Source: Euglena gracilis
Lineage: Eukaryota
DNA: 64,000 bases
NCBI GenBank assembly: GCA_039621445.1
Contig: CP154954.1
Span: forward strand, 28,514,417 to 28,578,416
Reading direction: 5' to 3'
The notes beneath the pieces are model-generated. The model was not told the DNA's origin and ran no database searches. It worked only from the letters and a program-made list of their open reading frames with translations. Below, piece by piece: positions 36,664 to 50,348 of the stretch (within the stretch, counting starts at the first letter, position 1; every line of letters starts with the position of its first letter). Both the position numbers and the translations under genes were made by a program.

Positions 36664-39600
36664 GGGAGAGGCTGCGACAGAGGACGGGAGAGACCGGGGT
36701 CCTGCCCCAAGACCAAAGGCCAAACGAACACCCCTAGCACTGATCAACCTGGATGGAGGCTTGACTGTTGGTGCAGAGCATTGGGCAACCCATGAAGCCC
36801 CCCCTGCCTTTACATTTGGCTTTGCATTTGGGTTTAAAAATTATTTTGTGCGCCTCTCATTTTTCCTGAAAAAAAGGTTCGGACCCCCAGGGGTCAGGGG
36901 CACCTGTTGGCAGGCAGCTAGGCCCAGTGGGTACCCCCCAACAAAGCAGGCAAAAAAAGCCAAAATCCAGCTGGGTTGCATTTTTTTTTCAGCCAAAAAT
37001 TGGAGGTTTTCAGCTTTGCCCCAGCCAGAAACTCTTCCAGCCAGCTCATGGGACTTAGGGGTCTCGTAAGAAAACCCCTGCTCCAAATATTTGGTCCTCC
37101 CACAAATACTAGGACCCCTGGGGGTTTAAATTTACCACCGAAATATGAAGCCCCCCAAGGGTGCCATGGGGGCAAAGCATAATGTTTTCACAAAATGTTT
37201 TATTATCGGGGATATTGCGCATTTTAGCAAAAACTTATTTGGTCCAGCACGGCTGGCGCCAGGGAGGTCTGCAACCTGTCTTGGAGCTGATGACTGGAGG
37301 GCTGTTCTTTCTCTGTTCAATAGTGGGGGTCAGCGATTGCCTGGGTTGGGAAAAAAAACAAATGGCCTTGCTCAAAAATCCCTCAGGCACAATCAGGTTG
37401 CGATAAGCTTGCCACATCATTCGCAGAGACTGTGTGGAGAATATCCAACTCCCAATAAAAAACAACAAGATAGTGTGCCCTCCAATCATCTTCTGCCATG
37501 CCCTTTGGACAAAATCTGCACGATGATCATCTTTTTCTGATTCGATCGGTTAGCATTGGGTCCGCCGATGTGCAAAGCTCTCGAACAAAAAAAACTTGCT
37601 TTGCTCTTTCTCTTGTTTCTTCATCGGAGCACTCAACAAATAGCAGCCCTTTTCCTGCCCATTACTTCATGTCCATTTTGCATTAAAAACAAAAACATAT
37701 TACCATCCATAAGGGGCTAGACAAAAATCAAATGCAAATGTAGGGTAGGGTTGGGGCCCAGGACTGGAAAAAAGCCATTGGCTGGCTGGACCCTTGCGTT
37801 CCCCTCCCATTGAGTGACGCCTTGATCCCAACGGCACCAGCGGAAAAGCACCAAAATTGGCAACCTTTGAGAAAAGCAAATTTCTTGGAAAAAATTCACA
37901 ATAGCCGAGGTCTGCAACCCTGGGCCAAGAAAAAAAAAAAGAGCTGAGGGTCAGGTTTTCAGGAGGTCAGTGCTCAGGCTTCTTTTTGACTCGAAAAACC
38001 CCCGGGTGGGTGGTTCTAGGGCCGAGGGTTCCTGGGCCGGGCCTAGGCCCTGGTACTCTCAGACAGCCCGATTTTTAAAGGATCCCTGCAGGGGGGGCAC
38101 TGGGCTGGGAGGGTGGGGGCGGGACCCCCCGTCTGAATCACCTCCAAAATTTTTTCTCACATTCCTGGATTCCTAGATGTTAAATCAACCCCTTCATTAT
38201 TGCAAAAAAAGTTAACCTTGGTCTGTGGATGCCTTGGACAAAGAAAACAACATCTCCCACTTTGACTCTTCAGGGATTTTTGAAACTTAAAAGCCAAGGA
38301 GCGGATGAAGGATTGCAATATCCAAAAATACAAATTGACTGTAAGAATCTAAATGGAGAAGAATGGCAGCGAGGCTCATCCCCACCTCAGTTTGGAATCC
38401 AAAAAAATATAACAGCCACGCACACACAAGCAGATGCAAATGATGAAGCAGAGGTGGCAAAATGCCGTCCACCTACCCCTGCAGACTCCCGCCCTGTGCG
38501 ACGGCGCCCCCAGCTGGGGAGGCACTATTGTCCTTGAGTCTCTTCGTCACCGCGCCCGTTTCCGGGTCAACAATGAAATCGTGTGTCTGGAGGACGGCCT
38601 GCCACTTCTGCCAGAAGCAACCGAAAGCTCCTCCTGCCTTCTTAGAAGCCTCCCAAACAGAAAACCTCCAAAACCATCAACAGGCACCACATTTGGACAA
38701 AATCCGTAAAATTTGTCCCCCCTTCATGGGTGTTCAGGCGAGCGTTGATCCAAGAATGGGGATTGTCTGTGATTTTGCAGGCCAAAAGCTGACAGTTGGA
38801 CAAGCCAGCCAGGCAGCTTTGTCCCCAAGAGGTTGCGCCACACAGATTGGATTTTTGGATGGGCTCATGAATAAAACTGCTACTGGACAAATTGATTGGG
38901 GCTGCAAATTTTTTTGTGTCGCTTCCCAAAGCTGCCAATTCAGGCTGCAAAAAAATGCAAAAAAATGCAAAAATATGCAAGTTCCCTTTGGAACTCCTCG
39001 TGAATGTACACTTTTCCACTGGAGAGGACTTAGAAAAATTTCACCTGGTCCAAAAATGCAGCAACAAAGGAAAATGTGGATGCAAACTCCAAAATCATAT
39101 GGTGGTTCATATATTTGCATCCACTTATATTTCATTATGCAACAACTACTAATGTGAATTTGCTAATGTGAAACATGCAGTATGCAACTTCCGTTGTCTG
39201 GCAGTGGAGCAATTTGACTTTTTTGCCTGTGCAAATGCCTGAAAAAAAATCGAAAAATATGCAAAAAAAATGCAAAAATGCGACTTTTCAAAAATTTTCA
39301 TGATGCAAAGAAAATGCAAATAATGCAACATTTCAAAATTCAATGTTCATTTTCAATTGGATTATGCAAAAAAATGCAAATTATGCAGCTTGCGTGACCC
39401 CCCCTGTGCCAATATTTTGGCATTAGAAATTGCTGGAATAAATTTTTGAACGCAGAGCAGGACTATTTTCCTAAGGGAGGGTCCACAGCAATGGAACTCA
39501 CAATGAAAAACAACATATGCCACCCCCTCGGCATAACGATATTTCAAAACGTAGCGGATGGCGTGGATGGTACGCTGCACCTCTGTGATGCGCCCAGCAT

Positions 39601-40396
39601 GAGGCATATTCATCTCCCGGCTTCGATACCACGCTTGCATTGTCCACAACATATTGCGCTCCTTCCAACTGAGCTGGTACAACTTGATCAGGTCTTCATT
39701 GGACACCTGGTGGGGCCAAAAACGTTTCCCAAAGGTTTTTAATGATTTCTTTAGGATTTTCATGTCTCTATGCATTTCTTGAAAGGAGGGAAAATGCAGG
39801 AAAATATGAAAGCGAAGCAGGATTAAACAAACAAAATAGCGGAGTCTCTACTGACTTCGAGGATATTATTATGTTGTTGCATGTATTCTCGCTCTGATAA
39901 CCTCCTCCTCCCTTTAATTGAACAAGAAGAGACATATTTTTCTGTTGGCCATTTAATCCCGAATTTAAGCAAAACCACTCGGTGTGTTAATAATTAATGT
40001 TGAAACGGGCAGGTTTAAGCGGGTTGGTTGGAAGGTTGGTGGTTGGTCCAACCCACAGTCTAACCGTACTTTACCTTTACCGCCCTTTGGCTTTGTATTT
40101 AGCAGTGAACAAAAAAAAACACATAAGGCCGCAGAATTCTGCACAACTGCATTGCACCAAGGCCGACGGCTTGATTTTTGTGAAACAAAAAAACATCTTT
40201 TTTTAAAAAAAACGTCATGGAGGGTTTGGGGGAAAATTTTTTGAAACATTTTTTTTTAAGAAAAAAATTCATTTTTTTTTATCTCTGCAGCATTCATTTT
40301 TTGTTTTGTTTTTTGAACGTTGAAAGCTTGATTTTTTTTGCACCAGAAAAACACAGATTTCTAAATACTTTCACATATAAAGAAAATGACTCTAGA

Positions 40397-40707
40397 GGGG
40401 GTGTTCCCCCCCCCTTGCCTCCCCCCCCCCCCCGTAATACCCCTTTCGGCCATTTTTTTTCTGAAAAAAACTTGGTCGGTGGTGCCTAATTTGACAAAAT
40501 ATTCAGGTAGATTCCTAATTTTGAGGCATAAATTTTGCAAATTTTGGAATCGTGATGCCTAATTTGGTGTCAAAATCCTAATTTTAGGTGTGGGGATTCC
40601 TGATTTAAGGATTTTCCCCCAAAAATTCGTTTTCGGTGATTCCTAATCTGGCCACCGAAAATGTGGTGTTCCCCGTGACCCCCCCCCCCCGTGACCCGAA
40701 CCACCCC
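40397..40707. mobile_element. MITE with GGGGGTGTTC...GAACCACCCC ends, related to 60614-61153 in opposite orientation
   Basis: Shared GATTCCTAAT/ATTAGGAATC internal repeats and a GTGACCCGAACCACCCC terminus. Confidence 0.7.
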
Positions 40708-41315
40708 AAATTTTTTTTCCTCAAAAAAATGGCCATTTCGCAAGGAAAGAGGTCAATTTTTGCTTTTCAAAAAAACATGTTTTTTTGGCGGTTTTTTTAA
40801 TAAAAAAAATGTTGTTTTTTTTATAAAAAAAAGGACAAAAAAAACGTCAACCCTGCATTGTACCATCTGGCATTCACATCCGCAAAATATTAGGCACAAA
40901 AGCCTTAACTTCAGGAATTTTCTGCTTCCTTCAATTCAACCAATTTCGGGGGTTAATTATATTTGGGGGTTGCTTAAATAAATCTGGGTGTTGGTCGGTT
41001 CAGGCCCAACAGGTGAAATTACACCCGGACTCCAATATTGTGTGGCACATTGCTTGGCATGATGGGCTGAATAATGATGTTTATGAGACATCCCTAGCTG
41101 GAGTGTTGGAGTACTTCACACTCCACATGGGCTGGCACTTGCTTGGAAAATGCATTACCGAACTTTTTTTTGAAGGAGATCGACCAATCTCTTGAAGGTG
41201 AAAACACTTCCTGAAATGTGTTGATCCTCCCAAATTCTCTTCGGATCAAGTGCGAAAAATCAATTTTCATTAAAATTAATTTAATGAAAAATTGAAAACA
41301 TGCCCACACTTCAGC

Positions 41316-41839
41316 CAGGGGGGGGGGAAATTGATATCGGAGGCCTTCGGAAAAATTGCGGAAAAATTGCGGAAAAATTGCGGAAATTGCGGAAAAATTG
41401 CGGAAAAATTGATATCGGGTATACACATTTCTGTCTGAGGGGACTTAGAAAATTTTCAATTGTGAGGCTCAGAACACCGCAACACCCACGTCGATGCAGG
41501 CGAGCACAAATCAACACGCTTGATGTTCTTTGCACAGGTGGGACGCACCCAATTCTGTAACCAGTGGTGCACCTGTGAGAAAAATTGGTAAACTGGGGGG
41601 AAAAAAACAACAAAACACAATAGCACACCTGTTGATCCATTTGAAGAATGGCTTGAACTCATTGCATCTTCCATCTTCGGTGGTGGGAAAAAAATTCTGC
41701 GGAAAAAAAATGGGAAAAAATTGCGGAAAAATTGCGGAAATTGCGGAAAAATTGCGGAAAATTGCGGAAAATTGCGGAAATTGCGGAAAATTGCGGAAAT
41801 TGCGGAAAAATTGCGGATATCAATTCCCCCCCCCCCCTG
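41316..41839. mobile_element. 524 bp MITE, CAG(G)nAAATTGATATC TIRs, perfect 7-bp TSD, subterminal (AAAATTGCGG)n arrays
   Basis: CTTCAGC at 41309-41315 and 41840-41846; the arrays at both ends are in the same orientation. Confidence 0.9.
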
Positions 41840-41861
41840 CTTCAGCTGCTCAAGCCCTTTG

Positions 41862-42753
41862 GATACCTTCACACCCCCTCAAAGTGGCCACCCTCCAGCC
41901 ACTGTGGGACCCCAAAATGGCCACTTTGGTGGGGGTGACACTTTCGGGGGGTCAAATTTTTGGCCTTCAGCGCCTTTGGCACCGAAGGAAAATGGTCACT
42001 TTGAGGGGGGGGACCAAAACTTGCCAAAAAAAATTGGCCACTTTGGGGGGGGGGGCACTTTGAGGGGGGTTGAGGGTATTGAGGCAAAAAAAATGTCAGA
42101 ACTGTGGAAACATCCACTTTACTTGGTCTCAATTTCAATGGTAACTGATTTTTTCAAAAAAATACAAGCAAAAAAAAACAATCCTTTGAATTTCCGCCAA
42201 TTGTCAAGAGCACATATGCAAATATGCTTTACATGGTCCTTGAAGGGCTTAATGGGGTCAAAAAACTTCCCATCAAAACACATTCAATGGAAAATCCTTG
42301 GGGAATATTTTGTTGAAAAATGTCCATATTTGGGCAAAAATGGGTCAACTTCCGAGTAAAAAAGTTATTTCTGGCATCCTCGGACCATTGCCCATCCACC
42401 CAAAACGTCGAAAAATGCCCTTTTCGCCGTCCCTTGGGCCCAAGGGTGGCTCTGGGGGGATTATTATTTGGGGGGTTGGCAAATTGAAAGCAAAAAAAAT
42501 GCCACAGCCATTTTTTCCCCACTTTTTTCTCCAGGACAAAAAGACATGGTGATTGCCGTAGCACCAAAGATGATGTCAAATACCCTCACCAAAATGGCCA
42601 CTCTGGTGGGGGGGACACTTTGGGGGGGGTTAAATTTCGGCCTTCTGCGCCTTTGGCACCGAAGGAAAATGGTCACTTTGAGGGGGGGGGACCAAAAACT
42701 TGCCAATATTTTTGGTCACTTTGGGGACACTTTGAGAGGGGAGGGAGGGTATC
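41862..42753. mobile_element. Two copies (~41862-42080, ~42580-42753) of a short TACC(C/T)TC...GAGGGTA-ended MITE
   Basis: Shared AAAATGGCCACT..GGTGGGGG...GCGCCTTTGGCACCGAAGGAAAATGGTCACTTTGAGGGG and inverted ends. Confidence 0.65.
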
Positions 42754-43057
42754 ACATTCGGCACAGTCACATTGGCAGCACTGACACCTTCCGAAGTTCG
42801 GCATCACTCCATCCTCGACCGGCCTCAATTGGCTTCTTGCCTCGAAGAACCTTTCGGTCAACAAATTGCAAAATCCCAGGCATTGGGTCTCCATTCCGTA
42901 AGAGACGAGTGCATCTAAATGCAGACATGAAACTGCAGGAGGGAAAAAAAAATCTCTCAAAATCACAAACTCTCGGTGAATCAAAGCAACAAACGAGGCC
43001 CCTGGCTATCCGGACCTTACCCCAGGACCCCGGAACGGGCCTACCGGAGCCAAAAAT

Positions 43058-43192
43058 GACGCTTTCTGGGCGTTTGTCACGGACGTGGCTTTTTGCGCCT
43101 CCCGGGCGGTAAATGCTGCCATTTTCGCACGCCGGCCGCGGCGCAAAAGAGATCTCCGGGTCTGCGGTCCTTCACAACAAGCAGGCGAAGGG
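43058..43192. repeat. Dispersed repeat; inverted copy at ~22630-22825 inside a hydrolase intron
   Basis: TTCTGGGCGTTTGTCACGGACGTGG..GCGCCTCCCGGGCGGTAAATGCTGC..GCGGTCCTTCACAACAA is the reverse complement of the 22.6-22.8 kb segment. Confidence 0.8.
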
Positions 43193-46100
43193 CGCCGGAG
43201 GTCCGACCCTGTCACGCTTCGGCTCTTCCTCACAACAATAAACCACAAGAAGCACAAAACACACCTATGCACACTCACCAAGGGGGCTGATGACTCTCGC
43301 CACCTATCTGGGTGTACCATTACCCCCCCCCTGGAGGGTCGTTTAGGGGGGTCGAGAAAAAGGGTCTCGGATACCCCCCCCTACCCCTTTTCAGATTTTT
43401 TTTGTGAAATTTGTGTTCTCTGGCATCATTTCCACCAGAAGGAAACCACGCTTTCTGAAAATCTCAAAAAATCAGAGGTTTTTGAAGACTTTTTATCTTG
43501 AAAAAATTCATTATCTGGACCCGGACCCTGGAGGGTCATTCATCAATCGGGCCGTGGTCTCCTCATTGAAGGCATCCACGGTAAGTTGGACCCCCAACAA
43601 GTGGATTGTTTGCCATACCATTCCGATTCCGGCACTGCATAGGAATCGTGGTGCCACCTCGCTTTGCCACGTTTGAAGCCCCCCCCCCACCTACAGGGCT
43701 TGATGATGCCACATCTTGGTACTTTGACAGGGGTCGGGCAGCCAAAACGATAGGTGAAAGACTCCTCCATCAGGGGGGACTGGCCCTACCCCCCCCCCAA
43801 GGGGGCTAGGCCGTCCCCCGAGACCTCCAGCTGTAAATTCCCAGGTGAAGGCATAACCACTGGGACACCTCCCAAACCTGTCACATAATCAACCAAACGG
43901 GGGGGGGGGGGCAGTCGATAAGCCAACTCACGCTTCACACAACCCCTGTGCCCCCCTTGCGTGTTCCTGTGCTGTCACATTTCATCCTTTCACTGCAAAT
44001 GATGGAGGTGGATTGAGCGTCTGAGAAGTGGTGTAATGTTGGGTTCTTTTTTGAACAAAGCATCTTCTCACTTTGGTGATTCTTTATTTTGTGAGGTTTT
44101 GGTTCAGGTCCTCCCCCAGCAATCCCCCCAGCACTTTTGTTAACTTGGGTTTTGGTCTGACCCCTTTTTCAGAAATTGGTTCAAATGCATAATATCAAAT
44201 GGATGAGGTGTGAGATGCTTTTTTTTAGGACCTGGAGGAGTCGGCACACCTGCCCTGGGGTGGGACAGGGGATTCGGGGGGTCAATTTTGTCCCAAAAAT
44301 ATTAGTTCTTCGCACTGAAAAAAAGAGGGACCCCCATCCACCGTGGGTGGGGTGGGCTGAGCTGGGACCCCTCCCGCTGTGAAAAATAATTTAATAAAAA
44401 AAACGACTCCTTGAGATCCACCCAATGGATGATGTAATGCGTTCTGACAATTCCTCAAATGGGTCTCAAGGCAGGGGGGCACAAGCGCCTTTTCTGCATT
44501 TGTGTATTTTTTTGATTTTTGGCGGAATTTGCCAGGGGCTGTACAGAACTGTGTGTGTGGGGGGGGGGCAGGGCGGTCCTTTGAAACCGGAAGGGTCAGG
44601 AAAGTTTTTTTTGTTTTCTTTAGGACTGCCCCCCCCCCTTCTGCCGACCAAGGGCTGGACTGGGACTTGAACGGGGTCAAAAACTCAAAAGTTGAAATGT
44701 ACATTTTTTGATGATTTGGGTGGATGGACGATGGTCCAAGGATGCCAGGAATCATTTTTTTCCTGGTGTCGACCTCTTCTTGCCGAAAAATACCAGTTTT
44801 TCTTGCCCACTTCCCTGGTTTTTTGTCCTTGACTGTGCTGGAACAGCAGAGTTTTTTTAATTTCCTAAAAGACCGCTGTGGGGTGGGGTCCCCCCCACCA
44901 GCTTTCCATTCTGGGGGGTGCCAATTTCTACGCCAAACTTTTCCCTCGGCTCCCCTGGGATTTTTTTTGGTTCCCAAGGGGGACCCTTCGTGCCAAGTTT
45001 GCCCCTCCCCCCAGTTCTGATGGGAATTTTTTTTAAAACTTGGAAAAAATTGGCACTTTGAGCCTGAGGTTAATATTTCCTCTTGGCGGAAATGTGTTCT
45101 CAGTATGAGCTTTTCTGCAGTCATCCATAATTTTCTCGAAGGTTCCAATGTCATCCCACCCAACTCACCACAGCCCCCATACCTCCTTCCTTTGCCCACC
45201 AACCACCCGTGAACAACGACCACCCCCCAGTTGGGGGTTACAGTTTCGGTACATACGAGTACCCTCCTGGGTACATACGACCACCCTCCTGGCCGGGGTT
45301 GAAGGTGGCTTTGAAAACTGGGTTGTTTTTGACACAGCGTCCGATCACCACTCTCCCCCTCTCTGCCGTCTGTAATGAGCCCGAAATACCGCATTTAGTT
45401 TTCTCAAATCCAGGGCTGTTATCTTCCCTCACATTTTAGCCTCATATTCCCTTTTAACGATCGCATGGAAACTTGGCCTCCTTCAAAGTTGGTTCCTCGC
45501 CCAGAGGCGAGATATATTTATGGCTGTTGATGCCCCAAGGTTGCATAATTCTTTTGAAGCATTGCTGGATGTTGGATTTTTTTTTGCAGACGAGACTCAA
45601 TGATATGGATTGCTTTTAAAAACCTTCAATATGCCACAGAAGCAACAATGGGGACAAGGCAGTACAGTTGGTCAAACCTTGGGACCCCCCCTCCCCCCCC
45701 CCTGTACAGTCCCAAATTGTTTTTTTTAAAAAAATGCTTTAAAAAAAGAATGGCAAAGGATCGATTCTCGGGTCACGGGGGGGATGTAATGGGGGGGGGG
45801 GTCACGGGGGTAGTACGCCTAAGAAAAAATATTTTTTTTAAAAAAAACAAAAAACCTCATGGAGGGTTTGGGGGAATTTTTTTGAAACTTTTTTTCAGAA
45901 AAAAGGTCTTTTTTTCATCTCTGCGGCTTCGTAGTCCGTAAAGGGTGCTGGATGAAGTGTCTGGAAAAACCAAAAAAAACGTCACTTTTGATGACCAAAA
46001 AAATGACCTTAAAACCTTTTCCTCAAAAAATGGCCATTTCGCAAGGAAAAAGGTCAAATTTTGCTTTTTTAAAAAAGAAAACATGTTTTTTTTGTGTTTT

Positions 46101-47680
46101 TTTCGAAAAAATATTTTTTTGTTCTTTGTTGAAAAAGAAAAAAAAACGTCAACCCTGGCTCAATTCCGCATGGTGTGCCAAGGGGGAGTGATTGCTTCCT
46201 GCCTTTTTGCTACGTGTTTAAAGTGAAAACACTGGCTACCATTCTTTTTAAAAGAGACAAACATTTCGCAAAATGCATCTGAATTTCGCAAAATCCATCA
46301 TTGCCAACCTCAATTGGACGAAAATTGTCGCAACTGTCTCGGGGGTAGGCAGTACAGTTGTGATTTTCTGGGGCCCCCCTCCCCCCTGTACAGCTTCCAA
46401 CCCCCCCCCTCGGACCCCCCCCCTCCCCCCCTGTGCCTTGTCTCCAATATTGCATATCAATTTATCATTTCAAAAAAATTACCATATCAATGAAGGGTTG
46501 CATCAAATTCTCGAAATTTGATGTGCAACATTTTTCTTGCAACAATCAGTCTACCCCCCCCCCACCTTTATTTGACCCCCAATTTCCCAATTTCCTTAAT
46601 TGAGCATTTGAGTCCTGGGAAAATTTTTTTTCATGCGCCGAAGGCGCCGAAAATTTTTTTTGGCCTCTTTCTAAAGGAATTTTTGACCCTCCCCTTATTT
46701 GACCCCAAACAAGCCCCTTTTTGGCCATTTTTGGGATTTTTCTAACAAAATCAGCCAAAAATGTATTTAAAACTTCATTTCCATCCTGGAGAATTTTTTT
46801 TCTTGGGGGGGGGCGGACCCCCCCCAGCGCACAACGGGAGGGGACCGCACGTACCCAAGGCAGCCCCCCCCCCCCCCCAGGGGGAACCAGTCCAGGCAGA
46901 CCAGGCACACCAAGCCCGCGCGCCGGAAAAGAAAACTAGCCTCCCTCCCCACGCACGAATGGGACGCCAAAAAAAAACGCCCTCCCAGGGGGCGTTTTTT
47001 CTGGCCCATCCCCGCCAAGTAACGTACCGGCCCGACCAAACGAAAACGAGGGGTCAACCCAACGAAAATGGGGCTCGTTGTTGTGCGCGGCCTGGGGCTG
47101 CCCTGCTCCTTGTGCGCTGGGGCGTGCTCGCTGCGTGTCTCGGGCTGCCTTGCGTGTGGGGGGGGCTGTGCGCGCTCTCTGGGCTGCCCTTCTCTTGGGC
47201 CATGGGGGTTTGGCCCATAGTGGGCCAACTTCCTATCATGACACGTTGGCCAGCACCCAAGACACTGGTTTCCAAGGGGGCGACCTTGACAGTTTCCTGG
47301 GAAGGGCATTTCAAGCGGAAAAAAAAAGAGACCCTGACAGATTGGCCAGCACCAGGGACCCTGACAACTTCCTTCACTGACAGGTTGACGGGGACCCTGA
47401 CAGTTTCACGGGCAGGATTCTCAGGCATGACAGTTTCCAATGGGAGGGAGGGAGGTATGTAGACCAACTTGGATCCGGAATTATCGGTGGCCATTGGCGC
47501 GGTTTTTTTGGTCGACCCCTGGGGGGGGGTTGCCCCTGGGGGGGGGGGTTGGCCGCCCCCGGGGGGGGGGGCGTTTTTTTTTGGCCGCCCCCCCCCCCCC
47601 GGGGGGGGGGGTTTTTGGGGAGGGGGCGCCCCCTGGGGCCTCCGGGTTTGGCGGCCTCTCTTAGGTGGCCACCCCGTCCG

Positions 47681-47725
47681 CGGGCCTGGGTTTTCCTCAA
47701 CTTCACCACACAATAGAAGCCCTCC
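47681..47725 (-). other. 2A-like (StopGo) peptide motif
   Basis: GGLLLCGEVEENPGP versus the consensus LLx(C/S)GD(V/I)ExNPGP. Confidence 0.65.
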
Positions 47726-48249
47726 TCTTCCCCAAAGGCGGAATCCACGCGCAGGACCACCCCGGGACTTTGGTAAACCCTATGTTGTTGGGAAGGGATT
47801 TCCGACGCATGCCACTGTTGGGTTGGTCCCCCTTGGGGATGTTTTCCTTTTGAAGGAAACCGTGTTACTGGGTGGGGGCACTGTTTGGAGTTAGATGGAT
47901 GCATCGTCTCAGTGGAATTATCTGGGCTGGTCCTCCTAGTGAAGGATGCTCCCTGGGGATTCCCTGGGGAAGATGCCATGGGCGATTCTCATTTTGACAT
48001 TCCTTATTTCCCAGCAGAAACCTCTTTGGGATTGGCCTTCCAACTCACAGATGTCACTGGGCAAAATGCCCTACGAAAGATGGAACAGGGCACAACACAG
48101 AACCAAGCAGAAAATACAGCGATGGCTGCAACTGTTAAATCTGCCGGAGGGCTTTTTGGGGGCCAATGTCCCAGTGGCAGAAAAACCAGCATCCCCACAT
48201 AGGTAAAAAGGCCAAGCCGAGCGGGGTGGGGACCATAGTGCTCCTTGGC

Positions 48250-49405
48250 CACCAGTTGGGGACCGCTGTGGGCCTGGGGAACTGTCCAAAGCATTTGGGA
48301 CAGAGGTTGGGATCGGATTCCATTGGTGTGAGAGACATTGTGAGGGACCAACGAAGTGTGCAGCGGAATTCAGCCGTGGGCAACAGGGTGCGGTCAAAGC
48401 GGCCCATGCCATAGCATGTTCCACCAACGTTGTGAATTGTGTGGAGACTGTGCCTGAGGGATCAAGTTTTTGTCACTGGCCCATTGTGACAGTGGAGTCA
48501 TTTGACCAAGTTCATTGGGGGCTGTCCGTAAACAATCGTCAGCGTCCTTGGGAAGGATGTCCATGGCAGCAGGAACGCCCAAGACAGAGAGAGCTCTTCG
48601 ACAAAAGTCCACCACTTGAGACAATCTGGCAGGCACACGTTGAAATAGTGGATCAGAGATTCCCAGTCCACCGCATATGATGGCCAGGGAAACTTGCATC
48701 CATTCTTCTGGGGTGCAAGGGGAGCCGACCATGCCGCTGAATGTTTCCCGAATAATTCCCAACAATGTCTGCGCGCAAGAGGTCATTCACTTTGCAAGCG
48801 GATAAACAAAAACGAAGCAAGGTGAATTGCACATGCGATTGTGGTAGGTGTTGTTAAGTACTGTACAAGAACGTCGGATGTCTTCAATGCGCTTATAGCA
48901 AAAGTCTTCAAAAGCGGTCGTCTTAGGGTTGGTGAACAGGGACCCCCAAAACTTTCAAACCAGAACCAGCAACAAAGGCAATCATTAGTATTTGATGTAA
49001 GGTGCTGTCCTGTGGCGTGCCAGGGGGAATGCAAAGGACACCTTCTGTTGATGTGAACGCTGGTCCCCACAATCGACATTTTGCAGGGTTCACGGCCAAT
49101 CCAATCATGGCTGCCTCGCGAATCAAAAAGGCAAGGGCATTGCGTAGTTGGGCTGGCGATCCCACCAGATGAGCGTCATCTAAGTACCATCCTTGCCATT
49201 CTACCAAAGGTGAGAGGCCCTCACAAAGATCTTGTGCACCCCAGGCGAAAGCTGCAGTTCCGCATGGGTCGGCTTATTGAGCTCCCCCCTGGGAAGGCAG
49301 ACAATGATTTCCACAATACAACTTGCTGTTGAATCCAGCCAAGGGTAAACTTCCGGGCATCGTCTACGGATGACAAGGAGTTGAAGGCATTCCTGAAATA
49401 CACTT
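48250..49405 (-). mobile_element. Degenerate internal fragment of a CRE-clade non-LTR retrotransposon (RT + downstream region)
   Basis: FRNAFNSLS, WYLDDAHLVG, GLAVNPAKC, GGLGISDP, EFRCTLRWSL...CPKC across frameshifts. Confidence 0.85.
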
Positions 49406-50348
49406 GGAGCAGCCCCCAGCGATTGTCTCTGTTGGGGGTGTATCCTTTTTTTTAGGGGCTATAGCCGGCTTTCTGGGTCGCGCGTGCACTCTCTTCTCAC
49501 CTTGTGGAGTCCAGGGCGGGCGGGCTACCCTTTGCGTGTGTGTTGCTTTTGCCGGCTCCACTCCCCTTTGTCGCCTCGTTGGGCGGATGCCTTTCGCCTG
49601 GCGTGTAGGCTCTGTTTTTTTTTTTGGCGGCTTTGTTTTTTTTTTGGTGTGGGGGGGGCCGCCTTTTTGGGGGGGGGGGTGTTTACGTGGGGAACCTCCG
49701 CGCTTTGTGGGTTGTGGCCGTCTTGGTCTGCTTTTGGTGTGGTCTGCGGTGGGGGTGGGGGACTTACCGTGGGTGGAGGGCCTCCTCCACGCGGTCCCTG
49801 GCGGATAGCTGCCGCGCCACGTGGCGCATGAGTGTCACCGATAGTGCTTCCTGCATTTCTTGCAGGGCCCTTGTCTTTGGCCAACCCCACATGTCTGCGG
49901 TGGCCCTTTTGGTGACCTCAAACAGCACCGCCTTGGCAGAGGTCCCCAGGCCTCCCCATGTGCTCAGGCTGAAGGGTGAGAAGCCCCACCCCTTCGCCTG
50001 ACATGGGGGGCCATCCGTCTGCACTTTCCTGGTTTTCACCTGGTTGCAATGCCTGCGGGCATTGTCCACCACCAGTGGGTGCTCTTCCAGCCCCGCGGGG
50101 TGGCTGCAGACGAAATCAACTGCCACGTCTTGCCCCCGTGACCAGTTGATGAGGAGAATATCGGCTGGTCTTTTGTTCGCCAAACACTCTGCCTCCTTCT
50201 CCACCGCAATGTTGTACCGGGCACACATCGCCGCAAAAGCATCTCGGAATGCATTGTGCCGTTGGGTGTTTCCATTCTGCTCGCAGCAGACGAAGTGATC
50301 CCCGAAGGGATCAATGGACCCTCGACACAGTGGGCACCCCGGCAGCGT

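Noticed and set aside
43500-45560. Possible additional retroelement fragments (43.5-43.9 kb, 45.1-45.56 kb)
   Set aside because: Coding-like composition but no diagnostic motif could be read.
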